Assembly: GCA_030704615.1 (NCBI GenBank)
Contig: CM060731.1
Span: 79,670,001 to 79,734,000, forward strand
Direction: 5' to 3'
Source of the DNA: Takakia lepidozioides
Lineage: Eukaryota > Plantae > Bryophyta
DNA length: 64,000 nucleotides
Shown: positions 13,501 to 26,451 of the stretch, piece after piece
Layout: the number at the start of each line of letters is the position of its first letter
How positions within the stretch are numbered: position 1 is the stretch's first letter
Notes under the pieces: model-generated
Told to the model about the DNA's origin: nothing
What the model saw: the letters and a program-made list of their open reading frames with translations, nothing else
The model's database searches: none
Made by a program: the position numbers and the translations under genes

Positions 13501-14172
13501 TGCTTGTTTCTCTTTCCCCGTCTAATTGAACTCCTACATCCTCACAAGAAGCTCCATTGTTGCCCTGATGACGCTCAACCCCTGACCCGGTCCCTTCCCC
13601 TAACTCTTTGTTAGGCTCCTCGATGATGTTGGGCATCGCAATCTGAATATAATTAATTGCTGAATCAAGGTCGGCACAGAACCGACGGCCCCCCATAATT
13701 ACACCAAGGTCAAGATACCGCAAGGCTTGGTCAAGCCGGTGGGCGCGATGATGGCAAGAAGCCACGCAGAGACATATGAGAGAGAAAGCATCGCGCCACA
13801 CAAGGTCCACACTGTGCCAAGGTGCTGCATGCAACTGTTCCCACGCCATTTCATAAGCAGCTTCTGCTGCAAACTCATCGGCCCCATCCCAAGCTGCAAC
13901 TAAGAGCCCCGCAAACACATATCCTCCTTGCTTGCAGACCTGCAAGGCATTCCAAAAACCCACCTTGAACAAGCATTCCAAAGAATCCAGGCAACCAACA
14001 ACCCAGGCCAGGGTTGTCCATGGCTCACAAAGACTTCTGTCCAACTCTAAAGCAAATATGCAATTCAGTAAAGTTACCAGATTACTCTCCATACCTCTTC
14101 CAAGAAATCACGTCGCTGGAAGTCATCAATGGGCATGGCCATCGTCACCATGGAACACAAATTCGCATCCAT
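10557..14172 (-). CDS. JMJ30: JmjC-domain lysine demethylase/hydroxylase, JMJ30/JMJD5 (KDM8)-like
   Basis: Seven in-frame GT-AG exons: 14172-14095, 13939-13265, 12860-12651, 12353-12216, 12027-11884, 11052-10960, 10766-10557. Motifs include [65 protein letters not shown] (HxD) and [13 protein letters not shown] (distal His). Confidence 0.93.
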
Positions 14173-15299
14173 GGTAGGGAAGGGTTTGAGCTCGGTAAAT
14201 GTAATCAGTTGACTTCATCGCAGGCATTTGTGCAAAGAAGGAAGACTTGGAGCATCTCAATTCAATGAAATGCGCACTCGGTGAACCCGCCATGTACTTA
14301 TGTAACCTCGCCCATGTTAACCGCACGAATAAGAAATACACCTAAAAAGACGTTTTTTTTTCTTTACAATGTGTTATTTTTCCTATATGGGCAATGTAAT
14401 TTGGGGCTCAGTTTCTCTCTCTCAAAAGAGATAAAAGATAAAGATAAAGATAAAGATTCTTTAACGTCCAGTGAATTTACAGAGCCTACTGCTCAAAAGA
14501 GAGAGAGAAGGGGCTTCGGAGATGGGGCTCCAAGGAGCTCCGCGTTCTGCGGTGAGTGGTCGCTGGGACTTAGAATTTTTTCGAAGCCCACTCCTCACGC
14601 AGCCCCTCCCTCCCTCCCTCCTCTCCTCTTCGTGTGACATGTCCCAATCTCACGCGTGCACTAAGTTAATTTGCAGATCTTGGGTTAGATCGCCTCCGCG
14701 CTCTTGGCTACATGCATGCATGATGAATGTTTAATTGTTCACATGCAGACAACGCCGTCTCTCTCACTGGATGGCTCATTACTCCTGTTCCCACTCTTCT
14801 GCACTGCAACCTTGCTATCTGATCTCTGAGAGCTCCTCCAGCTCCCCTCTGTTCCCTCTCTGCTATTGCTAGAGATTCTCCCATCCTGCGGCTGCTTAAG
14901 GTTCTGCCAAGCGACAATTGGTGCGGTCTGTTTTTAGCTTCGCCGCCCAGCTTCTCATTTACCTCACCTCCTTGGGTCTCCCGCTGTGTGCATCCCCTCC
15001 TCTACACTCCTCCCCCACTCTTCTCCTTCTATCTGGCATGCTTTATCTCCTTCTGTTTTTGGCACCCTGCTGCTGTCCCCCGAGCGGCGTGTCAGCCCTG
15101 CGCTGTTATACCCGGCCGCCACCTTTCTCCCTCTCTTTGAATGTGTGCTTTACTGGAGCTTTGATCCCTCAACCGTCCTCCTCTCCCTCCTGGCGACTTG
15201 GCGGCTCTGATTAATTGCTCTTGGTCAGGCCTCAGTTCGCGCCAATAGTATTAGTTGTTGCTCTGATTCTGCTTCAAAGGTCTTGAAATCGGAAATGCC

Positions 15300-18200
15300 G
15301 CGCCATGCCTGGATGTTGTCCCTTGGGTTGAATCAGTCGCTCCCAGCACTGACTCTCAGGATATTATCTCCCTAGACCTGGAATGCCTGCGTGCTCATTC
15401 TTCCAAAATGATGCAGCACGGCATCTTAGTCCATTTCCCTGGCCGCCCTCGTGATAAAGATGAGGGCAGAAAATGGGTAGTTGAGCATCTGGGAGCGCAG
15501 GGAGGATTGAATCACCATTTCTGTCATTCCATGGGCCGTGGATTTTACACTGTCAAATTTGGCTCTAAGGAGGAAGTCGACCGAGCGCTCACCTTGAACA
15601 CAAGAAAATCTCGCTTCAAAGTGAACATATTTCCTTGGTCGCCTGATTGGGGCCACAAGGATGGAGCCACCTGCAAGCCGAGAATTATTGCGCTGCCGTT
15701 AACTATCTCGCCTCGCTCCCGGAGATTGGAGCTCATTTTGGCTCATACATTGGGAGCCTCAATGTATTTGACCCAATTGATGATATTGTTTTAAGTGTGG
15801 ACCAGGACCCAACCTTGCTTGACTCTAGCAAGGATAGTGGGGTGCCGAAGATTGTGGTTATGATGTCGGAAACGGCAAGAATTGGCAACGCAATCAAGCT
15901 CCCGACATTGGATGGATCTTTCATCTCTGTGCAGATAAGGGAAGAGATGCTCAACATTATTTGCTATGGATGTAACGGAGAGGGGCACGTCAAAGCAGAT
16001 TGCCCCCATAAGGACAAATCGGGCGTTAGACTGCATGGTGGAATTCAATCAACTGGTGCGACTCTTCCAGAAGCTCTCAGTGCTCCAGTCATACCTGTTT
16101 CTTCACGTTCCCTGAACGCCAGTGCTGCAGCTGCCTCGCTCCCGACTCTCTCGGCTGGTCGTCAAGCTTAAAGAAAGAGGACTGGCTCGCCCTCTGTCTC
16201 ATCTCCTCCGCCAAGGCCTAGGCTCATTCTACTGCCTCGGGATCAGGGAAGCCCACCCCCCCATCACCCTCCTGCTACTTTTGATTTCTGCCCTTTCTCC
16301 AACACTCTAGAAGACCCGCTCATCAACCTTGCTACAAGGTGCCTGGAGCTTAGGTCCTTTGCGAATCTTAGGCTATGTGATTGGACGCCTGAGAATGTAG
16401 TGAGGCGCAACCTAGCGGTAGTTAAGGTTACCCCTATCATCTACGGGCTCCTCAAAGGCCCTGGTCAGCCGCCCTCCATCCTTCTCACTATGGGCTCCGA
16501 AGGCTTGCAGGTTCATGGATTACCACCCATCATGCAACTTACTACTCGGCTGCCAAAGAAGTGGAGCTCTCCCTCAAGCTTGTGGGAAATATCTTCGCTG
16601 AGCAGCCCTTTCAGTTCCAGCTCTCAAATAACACTACAGTCCACTTTGGAGCCTTCTGGGACAACACCTCGGAGTTCGACTCAGCCTCCATGGTGCACAC
16701 GCTCCTTGCTTTCAAATGGGAGGATATCGTCAGCGATGCAGCCTCGGCAAGCTCCTTTTCTTGGATCTCTAAGAAATCGCTCTCGGATGGCTCCTCTGGG
16801 TTTCTCCCTGTGACTGGAAGCTTTCCTTCCTTCGGAGGTTTTGTTGCAAGTGTTAAAGTTTTAAAGGCAGGGTTCATCCTGGCTCATGCTATCTTGGGAT
16901 TTACAGGGCCCCATCACCCACCCCCCACCCCCCACAAGGAGGATGTTGTAGGCTTCGTGCCTTTCATTGGGAAAATGAAAAAAACCATCAGTCCCATGGA
17001 CGCGACCTCGCCATCTACCCTGCCAGGAGATTCGACTCAGGTGAGCATAGCTCACTCCGCCTTCCCCCTGTTCACTTGTTATTTCTCTGCTCTCTTGCTA
17101 CCCAGATGTCTAGTGCTAGTTCATAGGCACCTTCTGGATATTGTTCTGCTGCACATCCTCTATGAAAGAAGGTTAAAACCCTTGTCCAGAAATTGTCTCC
17201 TCTCACTATCAGGGATTGGGATTTTTCAGACATCGCGCTTACCTTTGCTTTCATCCCTTGATAATTAGTCTCTTTTTGTCTCTTCATTCCAAGAATCTTT
17301 GAGAAGATCTAGAAAAGGCTCTCGGGGAAGATTTTGGGTTGGAAGTGTTACCCTAGCATGTCTTCCTCCTCCCCTTTCTGGCTTCTTTTGGGCTTCATAC
17401 CTGCCTCCTCACGGCAGAAGAACTGTCCCTCCATTTCTTTCCTCAGGGCCATCATTTCGGGAAGTCCTCTCGAGCCCTTCCTCCTCATTTGATGTCCTTT
17501 AACATAAGATCATGGAACATTAGGGGCATTGGGTCAGATGCCACTGCCCCTAAGAGATCTAGGGTTAAAAGATGGGCATCTCTTTGCTTTCAGACAACTC
17601 CATAATCTTCTTGCAAGAACATAAATTGAATGATTCAAAGATTGCTTCATTAGGTCAGCTGATTTGGCCTTCTAATCTTGCATGGTGGAATGCTAGATTC
17701 GAGAGGTGGAACAGCAGTCCTGATCTCCCCAAGTCTGGCCAGCCACATCTCCAATATGGACACCTGGATGATTGGTCGTGCGCAGTTTGGCAAGCTCTCA
17801 ATGCCTGGGTCAGGCAGCAACATTGGTTTCATAAATATTTATACTCCTAACAACATTGCTGATAGAATCTCCTTTTGGCAAATGCTTCATTCTAAGATCT
17901 TATCCTTTCCAGACATTGACCAGTGGATTCTGGTTGGGGATGTCAAGATGACAGATAGGACGGATGATAGGTTAGATCCTGCATCAAAGCTCTGTGTTTT
18001 TCTGTTGGTCTCATTGATGTCTCCATACCTAGGGATAACGAGCTGCGTTCTCATGGACTAACTGCAGGACACCTCCGGATCTGGTCATGGCCAAGCTGGA
18101 TAGGGTGTATTGTACATCAGGTATCACATCATGGGCAAACCCTTCTCCCCTGGGACTTGTGCTGCCTGACTTCGATCATGCGGAGATTAGGACTTGCTTC

Positions 18201-20003
18201 ACTGTTCCAGGATATAGAGCTAAAGGGAGGGGGTTTTTCAAGTTGAATCCGTCCTTGCTTAAGTCTTGAGTGTTAGTTGAAGTCCTCTCTAAAGTCTGGT
18301 CCTCCCCTGGTAATCAGTATGAGTCTCACACTCTTAGATTCCTTTCAAAGTTGTAGGCAGTTCGAACTAGGTCTCAAGAGCTCTTTAGAGACTTTGCCCT
18401 GGCTAGATCTCACAAAGAAAAATGTCACCTCAAATGCCTTCATCTTTGCCAGCAACTGTTGGAAAACAAAGATGAAGGTCCTTCCACTCTGATGAATTAC
18501 AACACAGCCAAGGCCAATATGTGGAAATTCAAATAGGACAAGGAGAATGCTCTTCGTCTCAAGGCTGGTGTTAACTGGTCCCTTAAAGGTGAGAAAATGT
18601 CCAAATACCTTTTTATCAAAGCAAGGCAAAGAAGAATGGCCTCTTCAATTGCATCTTTGATTGGCCCAGATGGGACTTCCGCTTCCTCCCCTAAGATTAT
18701 GGCATCTATTGCTGAGCATCATTTTGCCTCTCTTTTCTCCAAGAGGGCTCCCTCCTCTGAGGCTGTAGTGGCTTCGGAGGCTATTCTCAGTCACATCCCT
18801 TCTCTTCTCTCGGATCAGGATAAGGTGGCTCTGTCCTCCCCTCTCTCAGACCTAGAGCTTGCCAAAGCTATGCAGTCTCTACATTCTGGGAAAATGCCAG
18901 GTCTTGATGGCTTACCAATTGAGATGTTTGCGGCTCTCTGGTCCACTATTGTTGATGATTTTGTTGCTATGGCCCAAGATGTCTTGCAGATGGGCATTAT
19001 GCCGTCTCAGATATCTCAGGGACTTATCACCTTAATCTTTAAAAAAAGGGACAGAAGCCTCATCTCCAATTATCGTCCAATCACGCTCTTAAACTCTACT
19101 TACAAAATCATTGCTAAAGCACTGGCTCTGCAATTGCAACCAATTCTCTCCCATATCATTCGGCCTGAGCAATCTGGATTTCTCAAAGGCAAAATGATAC
19201 TGGATAATATTCTGCTCATCAAGGAAGCAATGCACAAGGCCAAGTGCTCGGAGCAGCCATTGGCAATCCTAATGCTAGATTTTGAAAAAACATTTGATAA
19301 TATCGATTGGGCCTTTCTCCAAAAAATCCTAGCTAAGATGGGGATCCCCCCGAGTCCTTCTCTAGATGGATTTGCTGCTTAACTCCGCATCCAGCAAAGT
19401 TTCTGTAAATGGAGTTATCTCTAGACCTTTCTCTCTTCACAGATCAGTGAGGCAGGGATGCCCATTGGCCCCATACCTCTTCCTCATAGCGGTGGATGCC
19501 CTTGGTCATTACCTTAAAGACATTGTTGGCCTAAAGGTGCATCAAGGAAAATCGATTAAAATCTCCATGTACGCTGATGATACCACGCTACTGTTGAACA
19601 ATGAGGACTCACCCAATATAGCTAGAGCCCGGGAAGCTCTGCGCTATTTTGTATGGCCTCAGGACTCAAAGTTAACTAGAACAAGTCGGTGGGTCTTCTT
19701 TCAGAACTGCCTCCATCCTCAGACAAACAGCATGGAAACCCATGGGGAAATGATGTTGGCCTACGTTTGCTTCCGCCAGGTTCGGCGCATACGCTGCTAG
19801 GTTTCCAGGTTGGGATTGGTCTAACTGATGATCAGAGGTTTGAACCAACTCTCCAAAAGCTTAGAGCCAAGTTGGCCTTTTGGAGTTCGGCTATGTTGTC
19901 CATGGCAGGAAGGGCTCTAGTTCTGAACCAAATTCCTCTTGCGTCAGTTTGGTACCCAGCTTCGGCGATTCTGCCCTGTAAGTGGCCCTTTCACTGGCTT
20001 TAA
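15300..20003 (+). mobile_element. Decayed L1/Tx1-clade LINE (ORF1 + APE endonuclease + RT), 3'-truncated
   Basis: ORF1 has a DUF4283-like region and the zinc knuckle CYGCNGEGHVKADC (~15962). Endonuclease motifs: SWNIRGIG (~17510), QEHKL, INIYTPN, WILVGD, KLDRVY, FDH. RT motifs: PGLDGLP, YRPITLL, EQSGF, LDFEKTFD, VRQGCPLAPYLF, YADD (~19570). Multiple frameshifts and stops. A CT-rich leader from ~14750 may be its 5' UTR. Confidence 0.9.
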
Positions 20004-20336
20004 CAGTGTCTGTGGCATATTCGGACCGCAGGCAGAATTAGCCGCGCACAGGGCAGAATCGGCACTCACTGCGGATTATGCACGGGGCCGATTCTGCTTC
20101 AAAAATAAATAAATAAAGACGACTCCTGAAGGGAGCGTAAATTATGGTGTCTGCTCACCACAAGGGCTACTACCTTCCGGCTGAAAGGTGGATACCTTCA
20201 TGACACACCAGACCGTGGTTTGAACCCACAACCACATCCAACGTGGTATGTGCCCATTACCGTAGGGCTACATGCTGATTGTCGATTCTGCTTCACGCTA
20301 TTCCTCTGGATAGGGCCGAATACGCCAGAGGCACTG
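20004..20336. mobile_element. 333-bp non-autonomous TIR element (MITE-like)
   Basis: CAGTGTCTGTGGCATATTCGG ... CCGAATACGCCAGAGGCACTG (18/21 inverted match), flanked by TTTAA at 19999-20003 and 20337-20341. Confidence 0.7.
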
Positions 20337-20736
20337 TTTAACGTACTATGGAATGGGCCGCAACATGCCATTGTGGCGGTTTCGGCGGCAGCGAGCCGGA
20401 GGCCCATTCCATAACGTAAAAGATTGCATTTGCCGCCCTCTCATTGGCTTGCAAGTCCTAATCAAATACATTATGTTTCATAATGTGCTAGTGGCATTAG
20501 GCATAGAATTCTGCTTTTTAATCCTCTTCCAAATACGCCATACTAGGTAGGCAAAATCATTTACGTCAGCAGACTCACCAATTCCCCTCCGCACACTCAT
20601 CCATTCCTGTCATCCCTCTACGATTCTTCATCCAATGATGTCGGACTGATTTGCAATGCTTTGATGTTGCAAGCTTTTAGGACGGTTTTAGGTGGGGTGT
20701 TGGAATTGGGTAAGGTTACCTTAACGGGTCAACTAT

Positions 20737-20764
20737 AGAGATAGAGAGAGAGAGAGAGAGAGAG
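20737..20764. repeat. (AG)n microsatellite
   Basis: AGAGATAGAGAGAGAGAGAGAGAGAGAG. Confidence 0.9.
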
Positions 20765-21487
20765 TTCACCTTGCGGCTACTGCCCCTTTTTGGGGGTGGG
20801 CCCTATGGGCTGAAGCATTACTAACATTGGGTGTTTTCATTTAATGTTAAGTTCTTTATTTTTTATGTTGGGGCTCCTCTCATCTTGCAAGCTATGAACA
20901 CTCAGTCTCGTCGTGGGCTTGGTGGCTACCTCAAGAAGTCTAGGCTCTGAACTATCAAAGCATGGAACCGTGTTTAATAGCCCGTATCTGACAAATGGAG
21001 ACCACCCTACTCAGAAAGTGAACACCTCACACTTACGTTGGCTTTGTATTCTTTGTTTGCAAATACCATGTGGGATTGACTCTTTGTCAGATTCTCAGTG
21101 TTTGTATGCATTATCCTATAGACAAGTGCATTTGAGGCATTCTGTCTCGTCAGGGTCCGTCTACTTTCCACTCCTCCCTATGTGGAGAAGTTCTAGATTC
21201 ATGGTGGAGGGGCATTCCTTGATGACAAATGTGACCTTGTTGTTGATGACTTCATCTACAACTATGTTGATCCAACAATAGTTTGAGGAGATCCAACGGT
21301 ATTTCGTTTTCCTTTGAATGGTGGTCTAACTGTGTGGTGCTTTTAATTTCTATCCATTACATTCAACTAACCCCCGGCTTGTAATATGAAGTTAGTAGTC
21401 GATTACAAGGCAAATTGTTCATGTGAATGTGTTATAGAGTTTGAAATCAAATAACAAATGGCGCCAAAGGTGGTTTTATTATTATTA

Positions 21488-21973
21488 CTAGGGTAGCCTG
21501 TGCCGTTGGCCCAAGTGTCCAGGGTCATGTAAGCCCAAGTGTAATCTCCTATGCATTCAAGTGCATCTCCTATGTCTAGGCCCAAGTATGACCTGCAGGG
21601 TAGCCTGTGCCGTTGTCCCAAATGTCCAACCAAGTCTAATCATTTTTTTTCCACAGAGCCTACAACCAGATTTGAACCAGAGACCTTTCCCTTGATATCT
21701 CTCCTCTCGAGGCTCCAACCATTGTCCCGGTAATTCCCACTTTGCTATTTTTCGGGAATTTCCAGCGACCCAAAGTACTTGAAATTCCACATCTCCCACA
21801 CCGCAGGTCCAAAAATCATGAGACCAAGCCCGTGTACCCCTCCTCATCAAGGGCTTTCCAATGGTACCAAGCACCAGGGCTAGGGCCTCACGTTGGGGAC
21901 ATCTCAAATCTACAAAACAAACAAACAAACAAAACAAAACAAAACAAAACAAACGTCTCGATTCATATATTGA
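21488..21973 (-). mobile_element. Complete non-autonomous Helitron (486 bp)
   Basis: The minus strand reads A|TCAATATATG.....CTTGGGCCAACGGCACAGGCTACCCTAG|T: 5' TC, an imperfect subterminal hairpin, 3' CTAG, inserted between A and T with no TSD. Confidence 0.8.
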
Positions 21974-22019
21974 TTATTACTTTACTTATTATAAAGGGGA
22001 GTAGAGGCCCTGTTACTTA

Positions 22020-24790
22020 ATTAAAGAACGGGAAAAGAATAACCCGTTAAAAGCAAGCATGAAGCGTATTAAGGGGATACCACCCCCGTAGCCAAAGAAC
22101 CTAGAAAAGAAAAAGAATTCTAGCAGGAGTCCAACTGATCTATGAAAGGATGGAAGGCAGAAATGAGAGAGGAGGACTAAAAGTCTAAATGGGCTTTAAC
22201 CCTAGCCATGCGATCCTTTTGATGGCGCCAGTTCACCTCATGGTCATCATGAGCTTCAGGCAAAGGGCTTCCATGCTTCTGGGAGGTGGTCGTGCCAGGT
22301 GATTCGATAGTCCGAGATGCAGGAGCACAAAATGTCATTCTTGGCCCAAGAGAGATCGAAATTTGCTTGATAAAGCTTCGTCTTTCTTCAAGCGGAGCAC
22401 TTGCAAGCAACTGCCAACAAAGTAGACCAGGCTTTCCTCCCCTCAGTCATTAGATCTGGATAAATATTGAACATGATCAATCTGATGCTGGGGCGTTTCC
22501 TCTCAAAAAGAAAAGAACAGTGAGAGTCCATCCAAGTCCATTCCCCTGGGTCAAATTGTAACCTGGCAACGGGGGCCCGAAGAAACCACAGAAGGGGAGG
22601 GTCAGTAACAAGCCATTGGATTTCTCCGCCAAGGGAAGGAGTAGGATTACAGCAACCATCAGTGATGTCAAAAACACGGATATCAAAGAGGCTATGAAGA
22701 GGGATGCTTGTCTGCTCAGTAAGGAAAGGTAATTACCCATGACATCTGCTTGGAAACCCAGGCCGTTGACAGTGAATTGAGAAATTGAAAGCAGCAAGAT
22801 GACATGAAAATGAGACCCTTGAGGGCAGCCTTTCGAGGTTGGAATAGTTTGGAAAGAGGGTCATGCGAACAGGGATGGGCCAAGGGATCGGGATACCTTG
22901 GAGGTAATCTGGTGCCAGCTGCACGAAAGCTTTAATTTTCCCACTATTAAAGCCACTTGTTCATCAGAGATAATTCGTCCATTTTCCCAAATGTGCGAAA
23001 CATAGGTGATCCCCGAACGTTCCTAGTGCGCCCAATTGGGGGAAAACTTGGCCAGGCATTCCTAATCAATATTGAGGTTGCTAAAAATCAGTTGACGGCA
23101 GGCTTCATCAAAGGATGCAGGAGAGCGGAGAGTAAGGTTACCACGGATTTTGAGCCAAGCAGACCAGATTGACCTCCAAGCTCCAGAACCAGGAGTGGAG
23201 GGGCGGCTGTCGCCTTGCATTAACCATTTGAGAGAAGCCTGTGCCATACAGAAGCCAGAGCAGAGGAAGAATTTATCAAATGAGGTTGGATGAGAATGCA
23301 TTAGGGGCTGGCGCAATGCAGCAAGGCTTGAGGGATCCACTTTGCCAGGAAAGCATTGATTTGAGCATGTGGGTCAAGGATGCCCAATCCACCATGGTGT
23401 TTGTTTTGACACAACTGCTCCCAGGCTACCAAGGTGGAAGTTGAAGAAGCACCCCAGAGAAAATTGCGCAACAAGGCCTTAACCTCATTGACAAAAGAGG
23501 GCCCAAACGCTGTGTTGTACCAATTGGAAGCTTGAAGAACCTGATTCAAAGTAAGAGCCTTCCCAGCATTGGATAACATTGCAGATCAACTCCAGTAAAC
23601 CAACTTGGACTTAAGCTTGGATATGACCTTGCAGAGCCTCTGCTCCTCTGAAAGGTGAAGGCCAAACAATAACCAACACGGTGTGACTGCTACTTTGTTG
23701 AAGCTAGTTCAACCCAAGCTCAGGGCCCCAAGGATCATAGTGTAGTCTTGCAGAGGCCGAGCTTAGGACAGAAATGAGCCCCATTTATGACTTCGTCCAA
23801 TTCACTTTGAGACCAGAGGCTGAATTGAAGGCCCTGCAAAACCTCTAGAGCCTTGATAGAGTTTTCCCTGTGCTCATTATCTAGAAGCAAAGTTGTATCA
23901 GCTGCATACATGGAAACTTGAAAAGAGAGCCCGGAGGATCTATGTCAGACATATGAAGGCCCAAATGTCGTCCATTGCTGTAGCATGTGACCAAGTGCAT
24001 TCGCAGCAATTAGGAACAAGAAGGGGACCAAAGGGAAGCCTTGTCGGACTGAGCGAAAAAGCGGGAAGCTTTTAGAGATACTTCCATTAACCATCATCTT
24101 GCTAGAGGCCAAGCTGAGAAGAATGGAGATCCAGGAGAGAAAGCTACCAAACCATTTTTCATAAGAGCCCAAGCTTGCAAGAAGTTCCAATTGATGTTAT
24201 CAAAGGCTTTTCAAAGTCGAACATCAACATGACCAAAGGCTAACCCTCAATTTTCGCCTTGTGTAAGGCTTCATTGAGAAAAAGCGAAAAATCAAAAAAG
24301 CAAATTATCGAGTATCATTTGATATTTAAGAAAACCAGATTGCTCAGGTCTACTCATTTTGGCAGTAGAGACTGCAGACGAAGAGCCAGAGTCTTGGCAA
24401 TGATTTTGTAAGAAGAGTTAAGAAGGGTGATCGGTCGGTAATTGGTGATAAGATCTCTATCCCCTTTCTTTTAAATCAAGGTGATAAAACCTAATTAGGA
24501 CATCTGCGAGGGCATGATCCCAAGAGAAAGACTATCATTAGCCATTTGGAGAAAATCGTCACCAGCCACAAAGAAGCGAAGAATTCAATAGGAATCCTAT
24601 CAAGACCAAGAGCTTTTCCAAAGCTAAGACTACGAACCCCTTGACCCAACTCTTCCTTAGTGAAAAGGAGCATTAAGCAAGGCAATATCGTGATCAGAGA
24701 GCCTGCATGGGATAGCAGAGAGGGCCATATCTTGATCTTGTAGGAGAGAAGGGGAAGTGAGAGGATTACTGCAGCAGACGAGGGCATGAC
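22020..24790 (-). mobile_element. Decayed L1/Tx1-clade LINE (RT and C-terminal part), convergent with the 15.3-20 kb copy
   Basis: Minus-strand motifs LGLDRIPIEFF, ITNYRPITLLNSSYKIIAK, EQSGFL, SVRQGFPLVPFLF, MYAADT (degenerate YADD), LLRNFLWG and KHHGGLGILD. Many frameshifts. Boundaries are approximate. Confidence 0.85.
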
Positions 24791-25689
24791 TTTCGGAACA
24801 TAGGAAGGGATTCGTTGAGGGCTACGGGGGGAACCTAGATTTGAAAGCCCTGAGCGGAAGAATTTGAATTTGGGCCTTTTGTCAGGAGGCAGCAGGGAGG
24901 AGGCCCAACAGAGCCTTGGAGGTGGAGAGACGGGCCTGAAAGCATTAGAGATATCAGGGTGACCAAGCCACGTTGAAGACCCACAGAGTCAATACAGGAA
25001 CACTGGGAGCGATTCACTTGTGAGGGCGACACGTTACGTGGAGCTATCCGTATGAAGAGGCGTCATAATAACAAGAAACTGAGGAGAAGATACAACATGA
25101 GGAGAAACATCGATAGATGGGAGAACTTTCCGAGGAAGCAACGCGCCGAGTCCATGATCAGGACATGGATATATCATTCAGATAGATGAAGAGGGGCAGC
25201 TGAGTATGGTGGTCCTAGGTATTTGTGGATACTGGCATTTTTCAGTCATTAGTTAGGATTTTAGTCATTGATTAGTTTTGTATTTGGTCAGTACCATGTT
25301 CATTAGTGTCGCATGCTGATGCTAATAGTGTTGACAATGTTGCCCTAATGGATGATGACATATGGTCTGCCTTGGCCCTTGACAATTTCGAACACTGCGC
25401 CCAACTCGCACCATCTTGGCTTTCACTAACTGTCACACTAATAATTAGGCCATTAATCGGTCGTGCATTTGCCAAGACGACGTGCCCCTACTGTTTTGCC
25501 CTAATTTGAATTTCTCCTTAATACCACACGGAAAGTTTTTTCTGTCACCTTCTCATCCAATTCAAAGTTTTTCCAATTTAAGGCGCAAGCGCGAGATTCA
25601 AAAAGTAGCGACGGATGAATGAGAAATGGTAGATTCTGAACCGGAGCAGTGACCGCGGATCAGAAATGGCCTGTAGAAACCTGTAATAG

Positions 25690-25730
25690 ATCGACACGTG
25701 TTGGAACCGGAAGAACTGGTTACCGTTGTG
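25690..25730. promoter_or_regulatory. Candidate kinesin promoter motifs: G-box and a single MSA-like core
   Basis: CACGTG at 25695-25700 and CCGTT (rc AACGG) at 25723-25727, upstream of a mitotic kinesin. Single short motifs that could occur by chance. Confidence 0.2.
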
Positions 25731-26451
25731 CCAAGAGAGCGCGCTCAGTGGCCGCGCAGACAGACATTCCTGTCGATGCAGACAGAGATCCATCAGAGCA
25801 GGGCTGGGCAGGGCACGACAGGGCGCACGAGGGGTTTGTCAGCTGTGGAATGCAGAATGCAGCAGGCTGTCTTTACTGATGAGTGCGTGCGGGGAAAGGG
25901 GCAAGAAGCGAATGAAGGGGAGTCGTGTGCCAATGCAACTTTCTTGTTGACAGAATGAAAGAAGGCGGGAGAATTTCTTTGTATGTTCACCATCTTGTTT
26001 TGGAAGCCAGTGGCCCTCTAACAGTTTCGGGCCGCCAGACTCACCAGCGTTGTCATTTCCGTGGCGTTCTGGTCGAGACGCAGTATTCACTAGTCGTAAA
26101 GTTCAGTACTGTGATGGCATACTGTAATTAGAGTCTTTGTCTCTCGAAAGTAAGGACTGCGGATCTTTTGTTTTGATATTGGTTGGTGAAGAAGGTTTTA
26201 GTATGGACGGTAAGGTTCAAGCTCACCAAAATTTGAAGTTTTCGGTTGTAGATCTGGCTTGTTCGTCCTGGCGTAATAGTTGAGGACAACGACGAAGGGA
26301 CCAGTCATTGTTAGACAGTACGTAGCAGAGGTTATAAGCACGGTAGCATAAATCCTAAGCTGTCTCAATTTCTGAAATTTCCAAAATTTCATGTTACCAA
26401 TTGGTGTTGCTTGCAAAAGGGTGAGAAAGAAGGAGAGAGATCGACGTATTG

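Noticed and set aside
14300-14750. Evening element upstream of the JMJ30-like gene
   Set aside because: No AAAATATCT match seen; only an (AAGATA)n microsatellite at ~14425-14457.
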